From an uncultured Alphaproteobacteria bacterium (lineage in GTDB: Bacteria > Pseudomonadota > Alphaproteobacteria > Rhizobiales > Xanthobacteraceae), in assembly GCA_963699465.1 (NCBI GenBank), contig CAVOTZ010000002.1, positions 120,729 to 184,728 of the forward strand: 64,000 nt of DNA, written 5' to 3'. Every line of letters begins with the position of its first letter. Positions within the stretch are counted from its first letter, which is position 1. Under the pieces are notes generated by a model. The model had not been told where the DNA came from. It was given only the letters and a program-made list of their open reading frames with translations, and did no database searches. The position numbers and the translations under genes were made by a program. Below are positions 12,040 to 20,300 of the stretch, in pieces.

Positions 12040-12798
12040 CTACGATTCCAAACGCACAACCCTCGCCGTCGAAATCACGATCTCCGCGAGCATGCCGTCA
12101 CGGCTGAGCGGCAGCAGACGTTCTTGCACGTCGGCGAGCATGGCTTCCGCCTTGTCGCCGAGCACGGCGGGCGACGACGTCGAGAAGGTCAGCACGCGGC
12201 GCGCCAGGTCATTCACGCTGACCTCGTGGCGGCTCTCCACGGCGATCTCCTCGGTCAGTTTCAGTCGCGTACCTGCGAGCACGGCCGTCAGCACCTCGCG
12301 GTGTCGCGTGCCGCCGGCCTGTCCCGACCAGAAACGCCTGGCCTCGTTGTAGGCATCGAGCCAGGCATTGCGGCCGTCAGTCGCCGAGCCCGAGGCGCAG
12401 ACGACGATCGCACCTTTCGGAGCGACAAGTCGCGGCAATAGCGCGGCCATGGCGTCGCGATCCATCCAGTGCAGCGCGCGGCCGATCGTCACCACATTGA
12501 ACGTGCCGATATCATCCGGCAGCGCTTCGGCCTTGGCTTCGATCAAGGTGAACGCCTGCCTTTGCTGCTCGGCCGCCTGCCTTGCCACGTCCAGCATCTC
12601 AGGCTCCGGGTCGACGCCAGTGATGCGGCCGACATAGGGCGCAAAGCCGAGCGCCAGCAATCCGGGCCCCGTCCCGAGGTCGATCAGCGCGTCCTGCCGC
12701 GATAATTCCAGCCTGCCGGCGACGGTGCGAAAGAATTCGGCCGGATAGGGCGGCCGCAATTCGGCGTAGAGCGGTACCGTGGTCTCAAAACGTCCCAT
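12040..12798 (-). CDS. Class I SAM-dependent methyltransferase
   Basis: LIDLGTGPG, GVDPEPEML, ALHWMD. Confidence 0.85.
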   Translation of the reverse strand: MGRFETTVPLYAELRPPYPAEFFRTVAGRLELSRQDALIDLGTGPGLLALGFAPYVGRITGVDPEPEMLDVARQAAEQQRQAFTLIEAKAEALPDDIGTFNVVTIGRALHWMDRDAMAALLPRLVAPKGAIVVCASGSATDGRNAWLDAYNEARRFWSGQAGGTRHREVLTAVLAGTRLKLTEEIAVESRHEVSVNDLARRVLTFSTSSPAVLGDKAEAMLADVQERLLPLSRDGMLAEIVISTARVVRLES

Positions 12799-12939
12799 CG
12801 TTCAGCCCTTCGCAGCGGTCCCCGGCAGTCGAGTCAACTTTGAGGTAATGCCTCAACAGGAGCTTTACGAAGCAAGCATAAGTATGACGGCGTGTCCGGG
12901 ACACGACGGGTTGATCTAGTCCGGTGCTGGAAGGTCATC

Positions 12940-13212
12940 ATGAATCTCGAAGGCCGCAGGACAAAGCAGCAGCGCGAACCGCGTCGTCAACTGGACAAGC
13001 GGCCAGCCTGGATCGCGGTCGACGAGCAGATGACGGAGATTGAATGCTTCGTCATCGACGTCTCGCCGGGCGGCGCCAAGATCGTAACCGATGCGGCGAT
13101 CGATGTCCGCGATCGATTCATCCTGGCGCTGGTGCCGGCACATCCGAAGCGCCAGCGATGCGAAGTCGTCTGGCGTGACGGCAAGACCTTCGGCATCAAA
13201 TTCGTGGTCTGA
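12940..13212 (+). CDS. Single-domain PilZ protein
   Basis: QREPR and DVSPGGA c-di-GMP motifs; CEVVWRDG...GIKF. Confidence 0.8.
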   Translation: MNLEGRRTKQQREPRRQLDKRPAWIAVDEQMTEIECFVIDVSPGGAKIVTDAAIDVRDRFILALVPAHPKRQRCEVVWRDGKTFGIKFVV

Positions 13213-13232
13213 AGCGATCGCGCTCGTTTTTT

Positions 13233-14441
13233 TCAGGTCGTCTTGCGGGCGGCTTCCGTTGCGTATCTGCGGCAATGCTCGAGATAGGCGGTCTCGTGGC
13301 TCCCGATCAGCAAAACCACGCTGGACCACAGCCATGACGGCGCGTCGAGCGTTTTGGAGCGATGGCGCTGCAGCTCCCTGGACCAGCTGACCCGGGTCGA
13401 CTTGTCCATTTGACGCGCATGGGCCTTGCCGACCACGCCGGCCAGGAAACGCGCGGCCTTCATGGCGTCGGGAACCGTCAGCGTTTCGATCTCGACCTTG
13501 AGGTCCTGCGGCATCAATTCGCGGATGAACACCGACTTCGACATCAGCCTGCCGGAAGCCATCCGCTTGCCCAGATGCGGCGACAGGCTCGAGGCGCCCT
13601 CCACCACGCGTTCGGCCTCGTCCCGCGGCATCTTCTGGCGCGCGTAGCGGGGCGCCGCGGCCGCCACCGCTTCCTTGATGTCCATCAGAGCGAGGTCGTG
13701 TTTCTTGCCGGAGCCGATGCCGAGCAGCACGGCGTAGCGAAGCAGACCGAGCGAGCTGCAGCCCTTCATCCAATAGGCGGCGTCAACGACTTCGATCTTC
13801 AAATCGTCGTCGCGGGAGCGCAGCGATGTCGCCAATTGCCGAAGCTTCGGCGTGGCAAACAGCTCCGCGATACCGTCCCGTTCGGACGGCGACAACGCCC
13901 AGAATTTTGAGCCGAGTGGAATGGTCGGCTTCTGGTTTTCCAGCCGCTCTTCGGCCAGGTGCTTCCACGATCGGTTGATCGACTTTTTCAATGCCAGCTG
14001 CACCGCCTTCGGTGCGGCCTCCACAGTGTCGGCGTCCTGCCGCAGCGCCGCCTGGTAGCCCTCGATGACCTGCTCGAGAATGTGGGCGGTCACCACGCCC
14101 GGCAAATCGGAGCCGCGCGAGGCCGTCGCTAGCGAAAGTGCCAGCCGAATGATGTCATGCGCGGGATTTCCGATCACGGTCTGATCGAAGTCTCTGATCT
14201 GGATGGCGACCCGGCCATCCGCGGCGGCAACCGGGCCGAGATTGCCGACATGGCAATCGCCGCAAATCCAGACCGCCGGCCCTTCCGGCAGCGTGCCGCG
14301 CTTCTGTTGTTCCAGCCATTGATAGAATTGGACGGTGCTTCCCCTGACATAGGCGTGGGCCGATCGGGCCATTTTCAGGGATTGACGCGCCTTCAAGGCC
14401 GACAGGCGGTCGGCCGGCTTTACGGAAGTCCTCGATGTCAT
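13233..14441 (-). CDS. DUF2252 family protein (kinase-like fold)
   Basis: YVRGS, WICGDCHVGNLG, IRDFDQ and KGCSSLGLLRY motifs. Confidence 0.8.
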   Translation of the reverse strand: MTSRTSVKPADRLSALKARQSLKMARSAHAYVRGSTVQFYQWLEQQKRGTLPEGPAVWICGDCHVGNLGPVAAADGRVAIQIRDFDQTVIGNPAHDIIRLALSLATASRGSDLPGVVTAHILEQVIEGYQAALRQDADTVEAAPKAVQLALKKSINRSWKHLAEERLENQKPTIPLGSKFWALSPSERDGIAELFATPKLRQLATSLRSRDDDLKIEVVDAAYWMKGCSSLGLLRYAVLLGIGSGKKHDLALMDIKEAVAAAAPRYARQKMPRDEAERVVEGASSLSPHLGKRMASGRLMSKSVFIRELMPQDLKVEIETLTVPDAMKAARFLAGVVGKAHARQMDKSTRVSWSRELQRHRSKTLDAPSWLWSSVVLLIGSHETAYLEHCRRYATEAARKTT

Positions 14442-14536
14442 CACAAAATTACCCCAGCGGAATGGCGGCACTACAATGCGTGGGGGCGCGATTTGTTACA
14501 AGACCATGAAAGATTTGTGACACGCGTCGAAGGCAA

Positions 14537-14567
14537 AAGAGCGCCGCCTTCGATCGGCGGCGCTCTC
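14537..14567. terminator. Hairpin, probable terminator downstream of the DUF892 gene
   Basis: AGAGCGCCGCC-ttcgatc-GGCGGCGCTCT preceded by an A-run (U-tract on the minus strand). Confidence 0.55.
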
Positions 14568-14576
14568 CAGAAGCAG

Positions 14577-14684
14577 GTAGGGCGGATTAGCGAAGCGTAA
14601 TCAGCCGAAGCCCACGAACGAATGTAGCAACGCAATTTATTATTGCGCCTCGGCGGCGGATTACGCTTCGCTAATCCGCCCTAC
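14577..14684. repeat. GTAG-type REP doublet (family C)
   Basis: GTAGGGCGGATTAGCGAAGCGTAATC...GATTACGCTTCGCTAATCCGCCCTAC; variant at 16772-16853. Confidence 0.85.
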
Positions 14685-14692
14685 AGGATCGA

Positions 14693-15196
14693 TTAAAGCT
14701 CGGCCTCGGCCTCGACGTTGACCACCGATTTGGCAATCGTGGTGAGGGCAGCGTCGGTCGCTTTTTCTTCCTTCAGCGTGGCGTCCAGCAGGGCGACCGC
14801 GTCCGACATGCCGAGCTCCTGGGCCCAGGTCCGCAGCGTGCCATAGCGCGACATTTCGTAATGCTCGACCGCCTGCGCCGCGGCCAGCAGTCCCGCGTCC
14901 AGCGCCGGCATGCCCTTGTACTCGGTCATGATCTCGGCGCCTTCCTTGGTGATGCCCATGATGGCATCGCAGGTCTTGGCGCGCGCCGGCTTGCCCAGGA
15001 TCTTGAAGACGTCCTGCAGGCGCTTGACCTGTCCGCGGGTTTCCTTCTCGTGCTTGACGAACGCGGCCTTGAGGTCTTTCGACTGCGCGGCCTTCGCCAT
15101 CTTCGGCAGGGTTTTCAGAATCTTGTTTTCGGCGAAGTAGACGTCCTTCAAGGTGTCGTGGAAAAGATCGCTCAGCAGTTTCGGTTTTTTGGCCAT
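14693..15196 (-). CDS. Ferritin-like DUF892 (YciE/YciF) stress protein
   Basis: LKDVYFAE, HEKETRGQ, AAAQAVEHYE and TLKEEKATD motifs. Confidence 0.9.
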   Translation of the reverse strand: MAKKPKLLSDLFHDTLKDVYFAENKILKTLPKMAKAAQSKDLKAAFVKHEKETRGQVKRLQDVFKILGKPARAKTCDAIMGITKEGAEIMTEYKGMPALDAGLLAAAQAVEHYEMSRYGTLRTWAQELGMSDAVALLDATLKEEKATDAALTTIAKSVVNVEAEAEL

Positions 15197-15246
15197 TGGG
15201 TGCTCCATGCTCCGCGAATTGATTCTCGGTTTCGGTTCACCGAACT

Positions 15247-15271
15247 AAGAATCAAACTTGTGTTATGTTCC
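15247..15271 (-). promoter_or_regulatory. Putative EcfG (general stress sigma) promoter of the DUF892 gene
   Basis: Minus strand GGAAC-N18-TT about 50 nt upstream of the start codon. Confidence 0.45.
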
Positions 15272-15314
15272 AACGTCGGCGGCGCGCCGGTAATTGCGAA
15301 AGGCGATTGCAGGA

Positions 15315-15345
15315 AAAATCCCCCGCTGCATCAGCGGGGGATTTC
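15315..15345. terminator. Rho-independent terminator after the small peptide gene
   Basis: AAATCCCCCGCTG-cat-CAGCGGGGGATTT with flanking A/T runs. Confidence 0.7.
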
Positions 15346-15367
15346 GTTTTGGCGTCTGTTGCTAAGT

Positions 15368-15436
15368 TTACCGAAGCAGCAGGATCAGGATGATCAGCGG
15401 GATCGGAATTCCAATCAGCCAGAGCAGAATGGGCAT
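15368..15436 (-). CDS. 22-aa hydrophobic small protein MPILLWLIGIPIPLIILILLLR
   Basis: ATG at 15436 to TAA at 15368 read directly; GAAAGGA RBS; terminator follows; below the ORF-track cutoff. Confidence 0.75.
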   Translation of the reverse strand: MPILLWLIGIPIPLIILILLLR

Positions 15437-15466
15437 GTGATTTTCCTTTCGGTTCGAGAGAACGGG

Positions 15467-16324
15467 TTAGCGAAGAGCAGGGTTGGCGCGGGCCCGGTTG
15501 CCCCAGGTGCCGTCGCGAAGGCCGCCGCCTTCGGTCGCGGCGAGGCTGGCGCAGAACGCGCCGATCAGGAGCGACGCGGTCAGCCAGAACGCCAACTGGG
15601 CGGTCGCCTTGCGTGCGGCGTCGGTGTCCGCCTTGATCTGGGTCACCACCTCGTTGACGCGCTTGTCGGCATCGGCCTGCGACAGACCGGTACGTGCCGC
15701 CACGACTTTGGCGACATATTGACTGTCGGCCGGTTTCAGGTCGCCGCCATTACGAAAACTGTTGCTGAACAGCCGGACCATCTCGCCGCGCGAATCCCGC
15801 GAATTGTCGGCATTCGGCGCGGCCGGCGCGTCGGAGCGCAAGAGCGTGTCGACATAGCCTTCCATCGGGCCGCTGCGTGCCATTGACGCGGTGCCCTGGG
15901 TGGCGCCGGAGGCAGCGCCGCCGAGCAGGCTGCTGGCGGGCGAGGCCAGCAGGATGGCGCCGAGCACGGACGCGAAGGCCCAGGCGATAAAGCCGTGCGC
16001 GGTGTCGCGGAAGTAAACCTCGTCGGTGTGGACGCCGATCCAGCGCGAACGCAGGCGGCCGGCGATATAGCCGCCGATCGAGGAGGACAGCATCGCGATG
16101 ACGACGAGATAGAGTCCGGTACCGATCTTGAAGGTGGTTGCCGAGATGCCCGAGCCGGCCCATGGCGATACCACGGAAAGGCCAAGTCCGATCCCGAACG
16201 CGATCAATACGAGGGTCAGCGCGCAACTGACGACGGCGCCGGCGGTGACGGCAGCCCAGGAAACGCCTGCAACGGAAGGCTCTCCCGTATCCACGGCAGG
16301 TTGGACGACGACGGTATCGATCAT
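15467..16324 (-). CDS. Conserved multi-pass membrane protein of unknown function
   Basis: VSWAAVTAGA, GGYIAGRLR, EVYFRDTAHG; 4-5 hydrophobic segments. Confidence 0.75.
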   Translation of the reverse strand: MIDTVVVQPAVDTGEPSVAGVSWAAVTAGAVVSCALTLVLIAFGIGLGLSVVSPWAGSGISATTFKIGTGLYLVVIAMLSSSIGGYIAGRLRSRWIGVHTDEVYFRDTAHGFIAWAFASVLGAILLASPASSLLGGAASGATQGTASMARSGPMEGYVDTLLRSDAPAAPNADNSRDSRGEMVRLFSNSFRNGGDLKPADSQYVAKVVAARTGLSQADADKRVNEVVTQIKADTDAARKATAQLAFWLTASLLIGAFCASLAATEGGGLRDGTWGNRARANPALR

Positions 16325-16370
16325 GGTTTGCTCCCAGCATTGTGCGACGCCTGCGGTCGCATGCCGCAAT

Positions 16371-16395
16371 AAGCGGCAGCGGGAACATTAGTTCC
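16371..16395 (-). promoter_or_regulatory. Putative EcfG promoter of the membrane protein/small peptide operon
   Basis: Minus strand GGAAC-N18-TT about 47 nt upstream of the ATG. Confidence 0.45.
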
Positions 16396-16521
16396 CAGCG
16401 GCGATAGCGCTGAGCCATTCGTGTTTATGCCGTGCGTTTGGAACTTTTGCAGTTTGGCGCGCCTTGCGCCGTCGGCTAAGTTAACTCAAGAGGCGGTGCC
16501 GATACTTTGGCCCCCCGAAAG

Positions 16522-16761
16522 TCAGTCCGCCATCGCGAACGCCTTGCACCAGCCGTCTTCGGACACCTCGCCCTCGACCACCTTGCAGGCATCAGGTTTT
16601 ATGAACAGCGTGCACAGGCTGCAGCTATAGATGCCGTTGGGCTTGTCCTGGTATTCGGCCTGCTGTCGCGTCATCTTTTCCGAGGCGGCTGCGGGCGACA
16701 GAAAGCCGGCCGGAATCGCGCCGGCCAAAGTGCAGATGATGGATCGACGCGTTTGTCCCAT
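16522..16761 (-). CDS. High-potential iron-sulfur protein (HiPIP), Tat-exported
   Basis: TRRS twin-Arg signal; YQDKP...CSLC...C...GWC four-Cys pattern. Confidence 0.82.
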   Translation of the reverse strand: MGQTRRSIICTLAGAIPAGFLSPAAASEKMTRQQAEYQDKPNGIYSCSLCTLFIKPDACKVVEGEVSEDGWCKAFAMAD

Positions 16762-16771
16762 TGCATTACTC

Positions 16772-16853
16772 GTAGGGTGGGTTAGCGAAGCGTAACCCAC
16801 CATCTTTCATCGCAGGAGATCGGTGGGTTACGGCTTCGCCTCACCCACCCGAC
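16772..16853. repeat. GTAG-type REP doublet variant
   Basis: GTAGGGTGGGTTAGCGAAGCGTAACCCACC...GGTGGGTTACGGC...CACCCACCCGAC. Confidence 0.8.
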
Positions 16854-16857
16854 ATCT

Positions 16858-17629
16858 TCACGCCGCGTAATAGCCGCCGTCGACCACCTGCGCCGCGCCG
16901 GTCATGAACGAGGCCTTGTCGGAGCACATCCATACCACGGCTTCGGCGATCTCTTCGGGCATGCCCATCCGGCTCATCGGCACCCTCGCCATGATTTCCT
17001 CGCCGCGGGCTTCGATGGTCTCCTTGGTCATCGGCGTCGTGATGTAGCCGGGGTTGACGCAATTCACCCGGATGCGGTCGGTGGCGTATTCCAGCGCGGC
17101 GGTCTTGGTCAGCCCGACCACGCCATGTTTGGCCGCGACATAATGCGCCGAGGTGCGCAGCCCGATCAGGCCGGCGATCGAGGCGGTGTTGACGATCGCG
17201 CCGCCCGCAGCCCTGCTTCAGCATCTGCGCGATCTCGTGCTTCATGCACAGGAACACGCCGGTCAGGTTGATCGCCAGCATCTTGTCGAACGATTCCTGG
17301 CTCAGTTCGTGGGTGCGCTGTCCCATCGGGCCGACCGATTTGCCGGCCACCCCGGCATTGTTGAAGGCGCAATCGATCCGCCCGAACGCGGAAACCGTGC
17401 GCGCCACCATCGCGGCGACGTCGGTCTCGCGGGTGACGTCGCCGCCGATCGCGATGGCCTGGTGGCTCGAGGCATTGATCAGCGCCACCGTTGCCGCGGC
17501 GCTCTCCTCGCTGCGATCGGCCACCGCGACGCGCGCGCCCTCGCGCGCCATCGCCACCGCGGTGGCCCGCCCGATGCCCGAAGCACCGCCGGTCACCAGC
17601 GCGATCTTTCCGTCGAGAATTCCCGTCAT
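16858..17629 (-). CDS. SDR family oxidoreductase, frameshifted near 17205
   Basis: TGGASGIG, FNNAG, NCVNPGYITT and VDGGY in two frames. Confidence 0.85.
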
Positions 17630-17737
17630 CTGTCGCTCCCCGCGCCGGACGTTCGCCGGCTTCACGCGCATCAGGGCAGAAGGCGGGCTGCTTATCAAGC
17701 GCGCGATTGCGGCCCTGCGTTGCGCGCGGGGCCGCGT

Positions 17738-17860
17738 TCCCCGGATGCAGCGCAGCGCGCCGCACTTGCGGCGTGGTGCACTGCTGGTCCGGGGTCCACC
17801 CGCGTGGTGGGTCCCGGATCTGCGAAGCAGCGTTACACGCTGCATCGCCTCCGGGACACG
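17738..17860. repeat. REP-like double hairpin family E (CCCGGATGCAGCGCAGCG...CCGGGACACG)
   Basis: Nested inverted repeats; related copy at 48390-48527. Confidence 0.75.
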
Positions 17861-17928
17861 CACATTTCGGAGTGACGCCTTTTCCTCAATCCGGGCTACG
17901 GAATATTTCCGATTTACAGAATACACGC

Positions 17929-18337
17929 TTGACCCCCGCCGCAAATCACCTGAAAATGCGCCCATCCTGTCCCGCAAGAGGGGCGTTGGCCACGTCACTG
18001 ACGTTGGGGCAGGCTGCGGTGGACGCGTTTGTGTCGCAAGACGTGCGGCACGGATGCGTACGGCGAAAGCGTGTGGTCCTGACGCCCGGATTGCTGGCGT
18101 CAAGTCCTTGGGAGGCTAACACCTCTCGGGGGCGATGGTGTCAAGAAGCTCCGATTCACCAGGGAGAGCACGTATAAGTCGTAGAGCCACTGCGCAGGGA
18201 AGGCCGGAGTGTTTCCGCTGAACCTGTATGCTCATGTGCGCATTTCTTTGTGCATCATTGCACATGAGACCGCGGGTGCAGCGCGCACCCGGTCTTCCCC
18301 GCGCCCTCACTTGAGGGTCGCGTGCGCCCTCTTTTTT
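17929..18337 (+). ncRNA. Candidate large structured non-coding RNA or repeated element with promoter and terminator
   Basis: TTGACC-N17-GAAAAT promoter, multiple helices including a 16-bp long-range stem, 3' hairpin plus T-run; no credible ORF. Confidence 0.45.
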
Positions 18338-18402
18338 GGGGCGGAGATATCTTGCAAACCTCGGGCAAAACCATGTCGCGAGAATGATGGGGTCATGCAT
18401 CC

Positions 18403-18527
18403 CGTCGTCCCTGCGAACGCAGGGACCCATGGCGCAGAGTCTCGGTTTTACGAATGAGGTTGATGCGTCCTTGTTGCTAACAATCAGCGTCAGGGGTTAT
18501 GGGTCCCTGCGTTCGCAGGGACGACGA
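18403..18527. repeat. CGTC-type REP doublet family F
   Basis: CGTCGTCCCTGCGAACGCAGGGACCCAT...ATGGGTCCCTGCGTTCGCAGGACGACG. Confidence 0.8.
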
Positions 18528-18532
18528 AGGCT

Positions 18533-19978
18533 TCACAACTCCCGCGCGTTGGAAAACGAAAACGACGACACCCTTCTCGTGTTCTCGTCCAGGATCAGCG
18601 TCCGCGTGATCGGCGGTTCGGCGCGCTGGCTGCAGTTTTCGCGTTCGCACAGCCGGCAGTTGACGCCGATCGGGGTGCCCTCGGTTTTTTCCAGATCCAT
18701 GCCGGTGGCGTACACCAGCTTGGCGGCGTGGCGGATTTCACAGCCGAGGCCGATGGCAAAGCGCGGCTGCGGTTGCGGGTGCGGCGCCACCGGCCGGCGC
18801 ACCATCTGCGCGATGGAAAAATACCGCGCGCCGTCGGGCAGCTCGATGATCTGCTTGAGCAGCCGGTCCGGCGTATCGAAGGTCGAATGCACATTCCACA
18901 GCGGGCAGGTGCCGCCGAATTTCGAGAACGGGAACGTGCCGGAGGAAAACCGTTTTGAGACATTGCCGGCATTGTCGACGCGCAGCAGGAAAAACGGGAT
19001 GCCGCGCGCGTTCGGGCGTTGCAAGGTAGTCAGGCGATGACAGACCTGCTCGAAACCGGCATTAAAACGCTGCGCCAGCACATGGACGTCGTAGCTGAGC
19101 GTTTCCGCGGCGGAATGAAACGCCTGATAGGGCATCATCACGGCGGCCGCGAAGTAATTTGCCAGCGTGATGCGATAGAGCCGCCGCGGCGTGTCGTCGA
19201 GCGGCCCGGCGCGGCTCGTAATGGTTTCGAAATGCGCGGCGCATTCGGCCAGCCCGATCTGGAAGGCGAGCTGGAAGGCGCGGCCGGGGCCGTCGACCAG
19301 TTCGGACACCAGCAGTTGCCGGCGATGCCGGTCGAACCGCCGCAAGGTCTCGCGCATCACGTCGACCGGCATGATGCGGGTCACGATCGAATGTTTTTCG
19401 CGCAAACGCGCCGCCAGCGCCGCGAACAATTCCTCGGCCGGCACATTCAATTCATCGCGCAGGTTTTCCGCGGCCGTCTCCAGTTCCGGGAAATAATTGC
19501 GGTTGGCCTCGATCAGGTCGCGCACCCGTTCGATCGGATTGGCCTCGAACCTCGTGCCTTCGTCGCGGTCGGCCATTTGCGCCGCCACCATGGTCTCGCC
19601 GCGGCGGGCCTCGGTATAGGCGGCGTACAGCCGTTGCAGCGAATGGGTCACGCCGGGGCAGAGCTCGGCGAGGTCGCGCAGCTCCTGTTTCGGCAGGTCG
19701 ATCTGGCGGAACAGCGGATCGGAAAAGATCTCGTTCAGTTCGGCGAAGAAGCGGTCTTCGTCGGCGGTGGCGAGGTCGCGCAAATCGAGGTCGTAGGTCT
19801 CGGCCAGCCGCAGCAGGATCTGCGCCGTCACCGGGCGCTGGTTGCGCTCGATCAGGTTGATGTAGCTCGGGGATATGCCGAGCCCCTCGGCGATCTGGGT
19901 CTGCGACAGTCCCAGTTGCTGGCGGATGCGCCGGAACCGGGGCCCGACGAACAGCTTTTTTCCGGAGTCTCCAGCCAT
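18533..19978 (-). CDS. XRE-family short-chain fatty acyl-CoA regulator (ScfR/RamB-like)
   Basis: N-terminal HTH (GISPSYINLIERNQRP), FEQVCHRLTTLQRP, GGTCPLWNVH, C-terminal CRLCERENC; divergent from aceA. Confidence 0.9.
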   Translation of the reverse strand: MAGDSGKKLFVGPRFRRIRQQLGLSQTQIAEGLGISPSYINLIERNQRPVTAQILLRLAETYDLDLRDLATADEDRFFAELNEIFSDPLFRQIDLPKQELRDLAELCPGVTHSLQRLYAAYTEARRGETMVAAQMADRDEGTRFEANPIERVRDLIEANRNYFPELETAAENLRDELNVPAEELFAALAARLREKHSIVTRIMPVDVMRETLRRFDRHRRQLLVSELVDGPGRAFQLAFQIGLAECAAHFETITSRAGPLDDTPRRLYRITLANYFAAAVMMPYQAFHSAAETLSYDVHVLAQRFNAGFEQVCHRLTTLQRPNARGIPFFLLRVDNAGNVSKRFSSGTFPFSKFGGTCPLWNVHSTFDTPDRLLKQIIELPDGARYFSIAQMVRRPVAPHPQPQPRFAIGLGCEIRHAAKLVYATGMDLEKTEGTPIGVNCRLCERENCSQRAEPPITRTLILDENTRRVSSFSFSNAREL

Positions 19979-20007
19979 GCGCATATTCCCAACGAGAGCT
20001 TTTTGAC

Positions 20008-20128
20008 CTCTCCCCGCGCGCGGGGAGAGGTCGCCGCGTTCTTGCGGCGGGTGAGGGGGCGTCTCCGCGAGCCAGACTTGCGGCCTGCCCCTCACCCCGA
20101 CCCTCTCCCGCGAGGGCGGGGAGAGGGA
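20008..20128. repeat. REP-like family B copy
   Basis: CCTCTCCCCGCGCGCGGGGAGAGG...CCCCTCACCCCGACCCTCTCCC. Confidence 0.75.
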
Positions 20129-20143
20129 GGGTACGCGCCATTG

Positions 20144-20215
20144 TGTGACAAAATTGACAACATTACATCTATTACAAGTCGTGATGTTACATCACATCAC
20201 CATTCGCTGACAAGC
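20144..20215. promoter_or_regulatory. Putative operator array between the regulator and aceA
   Basis: AT-rich tract with TGACAA/TTACAT/TTACAA repeats spaced 8-9 nt apart. Confidence 0.4.
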
Positions 20216-20300
20216 CATCTGTACGAATTAACGCGTTTCGCGTTTAGCTCCTGACACGCTTTCGCAATGCACTGTCACGAATGTTTGAGGAATCAAGACC

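Noticed and set aside
16841-18103. 420-aa ORF extending the SDR upstream through the repeats
   Set aside because: The extension is translated repeat or structured DNA; the real start is 17629, with an RBS
17929-18337. Assignment of the structured element to RNase P, tmRNA, a riboswitch or a group II intron
   Set aside because: Hallmark motifs were not found by eye; left unassigned pending an Rfam search
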